In this document: positions 1-7,838 of the stretch, piece after piece | Layout: every line of letters starts with the position of its first letter | Numbering within the stretch: the first letter of the stretch is position 1 | NCBI GenBank assembly: GCA_016235455.1 | Contig: JACRKZ010000110.1 | Span: 1-39,675, forward strand | DNA from: Armatimonadota bacterium | GTDB lineage: Bacteria > Armatimonadota > UBA10988 | DNA: 39,675 nucleotides | Direction of reading: 5' to 3' | Position numbers and translations under genes: made by a program | The notes under the pieces: model-generated | Told to the model about the DNA's origin: nothing | The model's database searches: none | Seen by the model: only the letters and a program-made list of their open reading frames with translations

Positions 1-72
1 CCAGGGGCACATCCCACTCGAGGCTACCGGCTGGGGCACCTGCCCAGGGCTATCTGGGCCTTCGGCTCGGCG

Positions 73-756
73 CTAGAACTGGCCGTCCGACTGCTCCAGC
101 TTCTCAGCGATCTCGATCACGCAGCCGGCCATAAAGCAGACTACATGCCAGATCGTCGGGAAGTTCTCCTCGGTCTGCGGGCTCCCGGCGGCATAGGGCC
201 GTTCGACGTAGAGCACTGCTTCCTCACCAGGCGCAACGGAGTACTCACCATTGTCCTCGCCCGAGTTGCGGATGCGGATGCGCCCAGGGCGCACCTCCGA
301 CTCGCCCAGGAGCGACCACGAGAGGCAAGAGCTCTCGTCGTCGGCGACCTCCGACCATTCGCCGAAGAAGGCGCGCAGAGCAGGCGGGAGCGATGCTACC
401 TGAGCCGGCGGGTCGCCGTCGGCAACCGTGACGTGCGGGATGCTCTCGCCGTCGGCCAGAGCGGCCCGGGCGCGCCGCTCTGCCCGCGCAGCGGGCCACT
501 GGCGTAGCTTGGCCATGGCCGCCACTACGTACCCAGGCCTGGGCTGGCTGTCCCGCCGGCCCGGGGAGATGAGGGCGTCGAGCTTCTCCGCCATGACTGT
601 GACGAGAGCGAGCGCGACGACGGCAGCTACCAGCGCGGCGCCTGGACCCGCGAAGTGGCCGACAGCCGCTGTCACTGCCACGACGACCATGAGGCGGCCC
701 ATCAGGGCGTTGAGACTATCGAACAGCTTCACCTTCGGCTTGGCTCTCTTCTGCAT
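73..756 (-). CDS. Putative immunity protein: N-terminal two TM helices plus SUKH/SMI1-KNR4-like C-terminal domain
   Basis: Starts 10 bp after the toxin-like gene with RBS GGGAG. Hydrophobic N-terminal hairpin; C-terminal LPPALRAFF...FPTIWHVV resembles SUKH-superfamily immunity domains. Confidence 0.55.
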   Translation of the reverse strand: MQKRAKPKVKLFDSLNALMGRLMVVVAVTAAVGHFAGPGAALVAAVVALALVTVMAEKLDALISPGRRDSQPRPGYVVAAMAKLRQWPAARAERRARAALADGESIPHVTVADGDPPAQVASLPPALRAFFGEWSEVADDESSCLSWSLLGESEVRPGRIRIRNSGEDNGEYSVAPGEEAVLYVERPYAAGSPQTEENFPTIWHVVCFMAGCVIEIAEKLEQSDGQF

Positions 757-766
757 CGTCTGCTCC

Positions 767-2284
767 CTAGAACGTGTCGTACAATGACCGGCCCGTCGAC
801 AGGTCCTCCACCGTGTCCCAGCCCGTTCGAGCCGCCGCCTTCCACCGGTTCACAGACACCGCCAGCAACCTCTCCATCTGAGCCATGGATCGGTGCTCTG
901 CCGCGTGGACGGCGCGACCACCGATCAGCGGCGTCATGTTCCAGGTGCTGTTCGCGATGGAGGCTGGCAGTCCTGCTGTTGGAAACAGAGCCTTCTGCCC
1001 ACCGATGTGGCCGAACAGTGGGTGTAGGTGATGGAACTCAAAGGACACCTTATGTCCTGCCTCCTCAGCCAGCGCCTTGGCGATCTCCCTGCGGAGCCGT
1101 CGCGCCGTGGCCGCATGTACTCTCTCGCGCACCAGCGCCGATGAGCCGAACTGGGCGATCAGCTTCTCCGCCCTGTGCTTGAGCACGACCGACGCGCCGC
1201 TGAATGCGACCTCGGCGCCCATCTCCGCGTACACACCCCAGCGGTAGGCGTCGCTATCCTTGTCGAGCGCCGGCGCACCAAGCGCCCACGTCTCCAGCGC
1301 GCGCAAGGCTTCGGTTCCGCCTGCGGTGAGGCTGTCGCCGGCTCCGGCCAGGAACTCCCAACTCGGCTCCTGCGAGTCGAAGTAGCCCACCATGCCTAGC
1401 CAGAACAGCCCCTCGGCGCGGGCCATACCCAACTGCGTATCGGTGTTGTGCCACCAGTCGGCGATGGCGACGCTCAGAGCGTTGTCCGGCGACCAGCTTG
1501 CGAATGCGTCTACAGTGTCGGTGAACAGCCCTTCGGGAGCGCGGTAACCCAGCTGCGTGGGGGAGTCCGGCGCGGGCGTCGGCAGGCGCGCAAGGCCGTG
1601 CCGTTCGAACAGGCGCTCCAGTTGCCGGCTGGGCAGGCTGGCCGGCTTCCTGCGCGCAGCCCGCTCGTCCGCGGCCATGGCTTCGTCGCGCAGGCTTCGC
1701 GGCACATAGAGCGTGCCTCCGTCCAGTTCGGCCGTGCCGCCCAGGCCGACCGCACGACCGTCGACGACGGCAATCGGAGCCCCGGCGCGCACCGATACCA
1801 CGATGCGTTGCAGGCCGAACACGATGTCCACCACACCGCCGTGGAAATCGAAGGTCGTCGCCGCTGCCCCGTTGGACGGCGCCAGGACCTCTCGCACTGG
1901 GGCGAGCCCGGTCATCACCCGCGCTATCGCGCGGTCTGCGTCGTAGCCTGAGTCGGTGCCTGTCGATGCGCTCCCGCAGGGCGTCCGTGTTCGCGTTGCG
2001 TTCCCATCGCCGTCCAGCGACCACAACGTCAGGCCCCAACTGCCGCCGCCCGCCCGTTGCAGCGCGTCAGCCCCAGACCCGCCAAGCCAACTGTCCCAAC
2101 TCGTTGCGCTCTGGGTGACCCGGCGCTGCTCCTCGATGGCGCCGAGCCGCCAGGCCCAGGTGCCATCGTTGAACCCGCCTTGCGCCGTCCACAGGTCCGA
2201 CTGCGTCGTTAGCGCGAACGGACGGGCGCCATGGCCGAGTTGGTTCATGCTGTACCTGCCACCTGGCAGGAAGTCGTCGCTCAT
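767..2284 (-). CDS. Polymorphic toxin-like protein: copper amine oxidase N-terminal (stalk)-like domain, pre-toxin region, C-terminal HNH/AHH-like nuclease
   Basis: Strong RBS AAGGAG before ATG 2284. LAPVREVL...AVVDGRAVGLGGTAELDGGTLYVPRSL matches the Cu_amine_oxidN1 pattern; AGAGDSLTAGGT...DSDAYRWG is typical of Rhs-type pre-toxin segments; EFHHLHP...N..N...L...HAAEH is an His-Me-finger-like motif. Confidence 0.65.
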   Translation of the reverse strand: MSDDFLPGGRYSMNQLGHGARPFALTTQSDLWTAQGGFNDGTWAWRLGAIEEQRRVTQSATSWDSWLGGSGADALQRAGGGSWGLTLWSLDGDGNATRTRTPCGSASTGTDSGYDADRAIARVMTGLAPVREVLAPSNGAAATTFDFHGGVVDIVFGLQRIVVSVRAGAPIAVVDGRAVGLGGTAELDGGTLYVPRSLRDEAMAADERAARRKPASLPSRQLERLFERHGLARLPTPAPDSPTQLGYRAPEGLFTDTVDAFASWSPDNALSVAIADWWHNTDTQLGMARAEGLFWLGMVGYFDSQEPSWEFLAGAGDSLTAGGTEALRALETWALGAPALDKDSDAYRWGVYAEMGAEVAFSGASVVLKHRAEKLIAQFGSSALVRERVHAATARRLRREIAKALAEEAGHKVSFEFHHLHPLFGHIGGQKALFPTAGLPASIANSTWNMTPLIGGRAVHAAEHRSMAQMERLLAVSVNRWKAAARTGWDTVEDLSTGRSLYDTF

Positions 2285-2610
2285 TGGGATGCTCCTTGCA
2301 GACCGTGAGGCGCCGCCTGCTCACGCATGCGGCGCCTCCGGCTCAACTGAACGCCAACCCCGACAGGCCCGGCACGATCGGCGAACCGCCACCGGCGGCA
2401 GCCCTGCGCCGAGATGATCGCGTCCACGATGGCCAAGTCGTCATGGGTCTCGCGCCGCGGGGGGCCGCGGCACAGGCAATCCGCGCAGACCACCGTCGTG
2501 CCCGCGCTGTCCCGGATGAGCAGCGTGGCATAGGTGCCCAGCAGCGCCATGGTGGCCTCGTCGGTGATCAGGCCCCTGCCGATGCTGCCCATACTGAACA
2601 TGTCATCCAT
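2281..2610 (-). pseudogene. Chimeric, frameshifted partial copy of the tail-tube gene with a foreign 13-aa N-terminus (MDDMFSMGSIGRG)
   Basis: LITDEATMALLGTYATLLIRDS...THDDL is nearly identical to the 2667-3068 product; a net 16-bp insertion near 2383-2400 shifts the frame so it bypasses the equivalent stop. Confidence 0.7.
2307..2338 (-). terminator. Hairpin following the duplicated tube-gene 3' end (weak or degenerate terminator)
   Basis: GAGGCGCCGC...GCGGCGCCTC 10-bp inverted repeat with the same GGCGCC core as the 2624-2667 hairpin; no good U tract. Confidence 0.4.
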
Positions 2611-2880
2611 GACCATCCCCCAAAGCAAGAAGGCGCCGGTGGCCTATGCCGCCGGCGCCTTCTTGCTCAACTGAACGCCAACCCCGACAGGTCCGGCACG
2701 GTCGGCAGGCCCTGCACCGAGAAGATCGCGTCCACGATGGTCAGGTCGTCATGGGTCTCGCGCCGCTGCAGGCCGCGGCACAGGCACTCCGCGGAGAACA
2801 CCGTCGTACCACCGCTGTCCCGGATGAGCAGCGTGGCATAGGTGCCCAGCAGCGCCATGGTGGCCTCGTCGGTGATCAGG
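2341..2880. repeat. Imperfect direct repeat: 2341-2572 versus 2665-2880
   Basis: Manual alignment: about 15 substitutions, one net 16-bp indel, and the last 68 bp identical (2505-2572 = 2813-2880). Confidence 0.95.
2624..2667 (-). terminator. Rho-independent terminator-like hairpin after the tail-tube gene
   Basis: 16-bp perfect inverted repeat AGCAAGAAGGCGCCGG/CCGGCGCCTTCTTGCT plus inner stem; on the minus strand it ends in TTCTTGCTTT. Confidence 0.7.
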
Positions 2881-3068
2881 TACTCCGCCTGCACCTGACC
2901 GCCGGCCAGGCCGAGCTCCTTCTCGACCGGGCCGGCATCGCCGCTGCCGCGTGCGTCGGCGGTGCGGATCTGGAGTTGCAGCGAGGTGCGGCGCGCCGTG
3001 CCCAGCACGGTCGTGCCGAAGGTCACCTCGTGGTTCTCACCCGACTTGCGGGTGGTCTTGGTTGCCAT
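2667..3068 (-). CDS. Phage tail tube (major tail)-like protein, 133 aa
   Basis: RBS GAGGAG. Size and beta-rich pattern (SLQLQIRTADARGSGD.G...LGLAGGQVQAEY...DDLTIVDAIFSVQGLPT) resemble siphovirus tail tube proteins; lies directly after the capsid gene. Confidence 0.6.
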   Translation of the reverse strand: MATKTTRKSGENHEVTFGTTVLGTARRTSLQLQIRTADARGSGDAGPVEKELGLAGGQVQAEYLITDEATMALLGTYATLLIRDSGGTTVFSAECLCRGLQRRETHDDLTIVDAIFSVQGLPTVPDLSGLAFS

Positions 3069-3078
3069 GGGTCACTCC

Positions 3079-4971
3079 TCAGGCCACCGACACGTTGTAG
3101 CCCACCGACACGGCGAGCTGGTTGGCGGCGTTGAACCAGGGGCGGAAGTCCACGCGCTGGTAGCCGATGACCTTGTACTGCAGGCTCTCGGGGTCCCACA
3201 CGGTCTCGATGGTCGGGCCGATCTGCGTAGCCAGGCCGTAGGCGCGGCGGTTGGCCAGGATGAACAGGCTGTCCGAGCCCAGACCGTCGTCGACCGACGC
3301 GTTGGAGCAGGTTTCGGGGACGTACGGGCTGACCACCACCGGCACGCCGTACAGCGCGCCGACCTCGCCGGTCAGGTTGACCGCCTGCGGGCCGACCTTG
3401 TCCAGCGTCTGGAAGTCGCCCCAGTTGGTCGCGTCGCCAAGCAGCTTGTAGTAGCTCTTGACGCCCATGATGCAGACCAGCTCGTTGGGGTCGATGCCGT
3501 ACGCGCCCATCTTGCGCCGCGCGGCGATCCAGTTGGCCTGGTTGAAGGTGCCGCAGTCGGTCTCGGTGTCCGTGGTCGGCGTCTTGGCCAGCCGGCGCAG
3601 GCCGTCGAAGGTGCGGCGCACGTCGTTGCCCGCGGTGACCACGGCGTCCATGTGCGTGGTGGCCGTGTCGCCGTTGACGATGGCCGCCTCCAGGCCGTCG
3701 GTCAGCGCCTTGGCGATCTGCCGCCGCACATAGTCCTCGGCGGCCACGATGCTGTCCTCGTCGAACTCGTGGCTGAACGGCACGCGGACGCCGATGGTCT
3801 TCGCGGCGAAGGTCACCTCGCTGGTGCCCGCGGCGCGCGTGGGCACCTTGTCGGGGCTGTCGCCGCTGGGCTCACCCACCAGATAGGGCAGACCGATGCC
3901 GCCCTCAACCGGCCACTTGAGCGGGCTGCGCGGCAGCGTCACGTTCTCGAACAGCGCCGGCAGCCGCCGTTGCAGGCGCACCTCCTCGATCAGCGACACG
4001 CTGAACCCGTCGGGCACGAACTCGTCGTTGTCGATGGTGTTGAGCGCCTTGCGCAGTTCGCCCGACAGGCGCTGGTACTCGCCGTAGCTCTTGAGCGTGC
4101 GCGGGTCGCGCCGCAGCAGCGCGCCGGCCAGATAGAGCCGGTCGTTGAGCCGCTGCAGCTCGCGCTCGCGGTCACAGCGCGCCGGCCGGCCCATCAGCGA
4201 CTTGAGGCTGAGGGTCGGGCCGTCGCTGCCGGCGGCATCCAGCGCGGCCAGGCGACCGCTGGGCGCCGGGGCCTTGGTGACGACATCGCTGATGGCGCGC
4301 TGCAGGCGCTCGGGGTCGTGGTCGCGCTGCATCTGGTCGGCGATGGTGCGCAGTTCGTTGATCAGGTTCTCCATGGTGTCTCCTTGTGCGGTGTGCGCAG
4401 CGGCGCCCGCGATGCTGGTCGGCGGCGGGCACCACAGGGGCTGAGGGCCGGCCTGGGCCGGTCCGGAGGGTGGGTAGTAGGTCTTCAGCAGCCAGTCGGC
4501 GGCCTTGTTGCCGCCTTCGGCCGCCACGACGAGCGCGTCCGGGTTGGCCGGCACGGCCACCGCGCTCTGCTCGACGAGCTCCCAGCGCAGGATGGTGGTC
4601 CCACGCCGGGCCCCTCGCTCGCGGCGAGGTTCGGTCGCCAGCGCGCGGAAGCCGACGCTGAAGGCATTGAGGAAGCCGCCCTGATACAGCTCGAACAGCT
4701 CCTGGCCAAACGGCGTCGGGGCGAACTCGTTCTCCGCCCAGACACCGACGCCCGGCTCCACTTCGAGCCGCAGGGCGCGGCCCACCGGCGGCAGGTTGGC
4801 GTTGTGCGCCCACAGCAGCACCGGGTTGCGGCGGTAGGCCTCCAGCTCGGCGCCGTCGGCGATGAGCACATCGCTCTGGCGGTCAAGCGTTTCGGCGGCG
4901 ATCAGCGCCCGCAGCCGGCCACCGCCAAACTCCTGGGCCACCACCGCCAGCGGGCTGACGCGAGTCTTCAC
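3079..4971 (-). CDS. HK97-family prohead protease fused to major capsid protein
   Basis: GTGA overlap with the portal stop and GGAGG RBS. Protease motifs LDRQSD, NPVLLWAHN, FSVGF, ELVEQSAVAVPANPDA; capsid motifs FVPDGFSVSLIEEVR, YVRRQIAKALTDGLEAAIVNGD, LYGVPVVVSPYVP. Confidence 0.9.
   Translation of the reverse strand: MKTRVSPLAVVAQEFGGGRLRALIAAETLDRQSDVLIADGAELEAYRRNPVLLWAHNANLPPVGRALRLEVEPGVGVWAENEFAPTPFGQELFELYQGGFLNAFSVGFRALATEPRRERGARRGTTILRWELVEQSAVAVPANPDALVVAAEGGNKAADWLLKTYYPPSGPAQAGPQPLWCPPPTSIAGAAAHTAQGDTMENLINELRTIADQMQRDHDPERLQRAISDVVTKAPAPSGRLAALDAAGSDGPTLSLKSLMGRPARCDRERELQRLNDRLYLAGALLRRDPRTLKSYGEYQRLSGELRKALNTIDNDEFVPDGFSVSLIEEVRLQRRLPALFENVTLPRSPLKWPVEGGIGLPYLVGEPSGDSPDKVPTRAAGTSEVTFAAKTIGVRVPFSHEFDEDSIVAAEDYVRRQIAKALTDGLEAAIVNGDTATTHMDAVVTAGNDVRRTFDGLRRLAKTPTTDTETDCGTFNQANWIAARRKMGAYGIDPNELVCIMGVKSYYKLLGDATNWGDFQTLDKVGPQAVNLTGEVGALYGVPVVVSPYVPETCSNASVDDGLGSDSLFILANRRAYGLATQIGPTIETVWDPESLQYKVIGYQRVDFRPWFNAANQLAVSVGYNVSVA
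4372..4385 (-). promoter_or_regulatory. Internal in-frame RBS and ATG (Met200) giving a stand-alone capsid protein, 3079-4374
   Basis: AAGGAG-ACACC-ATG at the end of the Pro/Ala-rich linker, in frame with the fusion (MENLINELRTIADQMQ). Confidence 0.7.
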
Positions 4972-6203
4972 AGCTCGCCTCCTTCCGGCGTCGCGGCTGG
5001 CTTGACCGCGGTCAATCCGGGCTGCCAGTCGGCGCCAAACACGCGGCGACCGGCCCAGTCGGGGTCGATGCCGCTGCCGACCAGAGCCCGGAACGTCTGG
5101 GCTCGTTCGGCATCACCTCCGCGCAGCGCGGCGATGCCGCTGGTGTCGGGCTCGACGGTCACGCCCGGCCCATACTGCGCTGCCAGATGCTCGGTCAGCG
5201 CGGCCGCCACTTGCCGCACACGCGGCAGAATGGCCAGCTCCCACAGCGCCCGATAGCCCGTCTCGAAGTTGCGCAGCGTGGCGTTCTCGAGCTGGGCAAG
5301 GAACATAGGCGGGATCCGATAGGCCTTGGCCACATCGCGCGTGGTCAGCTTGTCCAGCTCCACAAACTCCGCATCGCGCGGGGTCAGCGAGAGCTTCTCG
5401 ATGGCGGTGGTGCGCTCCAGCACGAGGAACCCGTGCCGCTTGCCGTCGCCCACATGCGCGTTGCGCAGTGCCTCGCGCGTGCGCTGCCGCTGCTCGTCGT
5501 TGACGAAGTCGAAGCTGATGGCCACGTCGCTCATCAGCCCATTGGCGAACAACTCATAGTTGGCGCGCTTGGCGTACAGCTCCGTGCTCAAGCCCAGTCG
5601 CAGTGCACTGAGCGGCGACAGGCCGCGCAGCGGATGTGAGGGATGAAACAGTAGCAGCGGCACTACATCGCGCCGGTTGACCGGGAATCCGCCCTCGGGG
5701 CCGGCGCCTGGCGGCCGGAAGCGGTAGTGGCTCAGGTACACGCTGGCATCGGCCACCGGCTCCAGCGCGCGACCGCTGAAGGCCCAGAGCTCGGCCGGCT
5801 GCGTCTCGCGGTCGCGCTCGACCAGCAGGAAGCACTCGCCCGTGAGCCACAGGAACGAGTAGGCCCGGCTCCAGAACTCGCCCGCGCCCTGGAACGGATT
5901 GACCGAGCGGAGCAGCGCCGTGAGCGGGTGGCCCGGCTGGTGCTGGCCGTCCACATGGACGACGAACGGCACTTGAGCGGCGTTGTCGGCCAACAGGCTG
6001 ACCGCGGCGTAGACATCGTCGCAACGCGCGTAGCAGGCCTCATAGTCGAGCGTGTTGGGGTCGGCCGAGGCGGCGCGGTTCGGCCCCGCGGCGGCCAACG
6101 CCACCTGCTCGGCGGCGCGCCGACCGCCCATGGCCGGCTCTTCCTCCTCGCCGTGGCGGCGGCGCCAACTTAGCCACCACGGCGGACGTGCGGATGCTGT
6201 CAT
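4968..6203 (-). CDS. Phage portal protein, HK97 family
   Basis: AAAGGAG RBS before ATG 6203; VYAAVSLLADNAAQVP, HPLTALLRSVNPFQ, LWLTGECF, GLSPL, RDAEFVE, VAKAYRIPP motifs. Confidence 0.92.
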   Translation of the reverse strand: MTASARPPWWLSWRRRHGEEEEPAMGGRRAAEQVALAAAGPNRAASADPNTLDYEACYARCDDVYAAVSLLADNAAQVPFVVHVDGQHQPGHPLTALLRSVNPFQGAGEFWSRAYSFLWLTGECFLLVERDRETQPAELWAFSGRALEPVADASVYLSHYRFRPPGAGPEGGFPVNRRDVVPLLLFHPSHPLRGLSPLSALRLGLSTELYAKRANYELFANGLMSDVAISFDFVNDEQRQRTREALRNAHVGDGKRHGFLVLERTTAIEKLSLTPRDAEFVELDKLTTRDVAKAYRIPPMFLAQLENATLRNFETGYRALWELAILPRVRQVAAALTEHLAAQYGPGVTVEPDTSGIAALRGGDAERAQTFRALVGSGIDPDWAGRRVFGADWQPGLTAVKPAATPEGGEL

Positions 6204-6239
6204 AGGGTGCTCCTTTCTGGGCACGGGAGAGACGCGACG

Positions 6240-6273
6240 AAAAGGCCGCCCGCGCGGCGAAGCGCGGACGGCC
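6240..6273 (-). terminator. Rho-independent terminator between the zincin toxin-like gene and the portal gene
   Basis: Minus strand GGCCGTCCGCGC-TTCGCC-GCGCGGGCGGCC-TTTT: 12-bp stem with one G-U pair plus U4. Confidence 0.7.
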
Positions 6274-6299
6274 GGGTTGGGGTGGTCGATGGATGTGGG

Positions 6300-7688
6300 T
6301 CAGAAACCGCTGCCATATGGCTTGAGGCCGAACCGCGATCCGAACAGCGTCTTCGGCTCCTGCCGGAACACGCTGTTGGGCGCCGCGGTCTCGGCCGACC
6401 ACAGCGGCGGCAAGGCGGCCTGGGGCGCGGGCTCGGGCTGCGCGGCACGCTTGGCCGCGGCGATGGCCAGGTCCAACGTCGCCCAGGCCGAGGGCGAGAG
6501 CGTCATGTTGTTCAGCGCGCGGCGGGGCGGCGGCGTGATCTGCACCGGCTGGCCGGCGACCGTGGCCTCCGCGCGGGCGTGCCTGAGCAGCACGCGGACG
6601 CCGTCGATGGTGAGCTGGGCCTCGTCGCCCACCGCCCCGCTGGCCGTGATGCGAGCGCCGAACCGCCGATGGACGGACCACTCGGCCAACACCTGGTTCA
6701 CGCGGTGCTCGATGATCTGGGCGTCGGCGCGCGTCAACGCCATGTGGCCGCCGCGCATCTCGGGACCATCGGTCAGCAGGACCGACTCGAACTCGACCTT
6801 GGCGACCGGACTGCCCTCGGTCAGCTCGACCGCCACGCCGTCGATGCCGAACTGCGTGCCGAACATGACCCGGTTGGTGTCCGTCAGGCGGCTGGCGAAG
6901 AGGTCGCGGACGGGGGACATGGGGGTGGGCAGACGGATCGCGGGTTCGGATGCGGCCGAGCTTGCTGGACCGGCAGCGCCAACGCCAAATGGGAAGGCCT
7001 TGGCGGCAGTCGACAGAGGCCAGTGGCCAGGCGACCCAAGTGGCAACTGCCCCTCAACCCAGTCTGGCTCGCTCAACGAAGGCGGTATGCGTTCGTCAAG
7101 CCAACGAACAGCATGGCCCTTGAGGCTTCGGGCCTGGTCCAGAATCAGCAGATCGCATAGCAGTGCGGTGAGCTTGACCTCGCCCGCATTGAGCGGATAG
7201 GCCAGCGAGCGCAGCACGTCCTGCGTTGCTACCCACTCAGCCATAGCCTCGTCGGCGAGCATTTGCAGGCCGCCGCGCCGCTTTGGCATGTACCTAGCCC
7301 TGCGAAGCCACAACGGTGTTGCCTTGACTGCGATGGAGTGGGTTCCTTCGTGTGCGACGGTCAGCGCCAGTTGCTCACCGGTCAGCCCTTCCCGAATCGT
7401 GACGGCGCCGGTGATGGCGTTCGTCTGACCAAGTACGCGCGGTGCCAGCTTGCCGAATCGATAGCTGACCGTCGGCGCGACTTCGGCTATCGCCTTGGCA
7501 GCCGCCTCTGACACGCCTAGCGTCAGGAGCAGCAGGCCCATATCGGCGCCTGTTCTGCTCGTGCCAAATCCGGGCTCACGTCGCCTTGCGTCATACCACC
7601 CCCAACCAGCCAGACCGGCCAGCCTTCCGGAGGCACCGAAGCTGATCGAGTCTACACCGGCGACGGCGATGGTACCCAGGCTAGACAT
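6300..7688 (-). CDS. Polymorphic toxin-like protein: N-terminal pre-toxin motif and zincin metallopeptidase (HEGTH...E), C-terminal tandem copper amine oxidase N-like repeats; possibly 5'-truncated
   Basis: AGVDSISFGAS motif; AVTIREGL...VAHEGTH...ADEAMAE; repeats IDGVAVELTEGSPVAKV and IDGVRVLLRHARAEATV. No clear RBS before ATG 7688. Confidence 0.55.
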   Translation of the reverse strand: MSSLGTIAVAGVDSISFGASGRLAGLAGWGWYDARRREPGFGTSRTGADMGLLLLTLGVSEAAAKAIAEVAPTVSYRFGKLAPRVLGQTNAITGAVTIREGLTGEQLALTVAHEGTHSIAVKATPLWLRRARYMPKRRGGLQMLADEAMAEWVATQDVLRSLAYPLNAGEVKLTALLCDLLILDQARSLKGHAVRWLDERIPPSLSEPDWVEGQLPLGSPGHWPLSTAAKAFPFGVGAAGPASSAASEPAIRLPTPMSPVRDLFASRLTDTNRVMFGTQFGIDGVAVELTEGSPVAKVEFESVLLTDGPEMRGGHMALTRADAQIIEHRVNQVLAEWSVHRRFGARITASGAVGDEAQLTIDGVRVLLRHARAEATVAGQPVQITPPPRRALNNMTLSPSAWATLDLAIAAAKRAAQPEPAPQAALPPLWSAETAAPNSVFRQEPKTLFGSRFGLKPYGSGF

Positions 7689-7731
7689 GAAGTCGCGCCA
7701 ACCATAGCCGGTGGCGGAGTCATCTTGTGGA

Positions 7732-7740
7732 TGGTACGAT
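7732..7740 (+). promoter_or_regulatory. Possible extended -10 promoter for the three small PepSY-like genes
   Basis: TG-G-TACGAT about 100 bp upstream of ATG 7839. Confidence 0.35.
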
Positions 7741-7838
7741 TGGGGCGTGTGTCCTCTCCTGTGGTGTGCTGCGGTGCACGATCACGCTGCGCTCTTGGCG
7801 CCGCGTGTGCGCCGCCCGTGGTCCTGTGGCGAAATGAC

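Noticed and set aside
2341-2880. Diversity-generating retroelement TR/VR pair
   Set aside because: The mismatches involve all four bases on either strand rather than adenines only, there is a 16-bp indel, and no reverse transcriptase gene is in the window.
2962-5256. 764-aa plus-strand ORF and similar long antisense ORFs (19540-21435, 27298-29679, 22758-23948, 36102-37391)
   Set aside because: Shadow ORFs opposite well-supported genes, expected in high-GC DNA, with no recognisable motifs.
2667-6203. Complete prophage, PICI or classical encapsulin
   Set aside because: No integrase, terminase, replication, connector or lysis genes are visible; encapsulins do not have a portal and prohead protease. 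A decayed prophage cannot be fully excluded.
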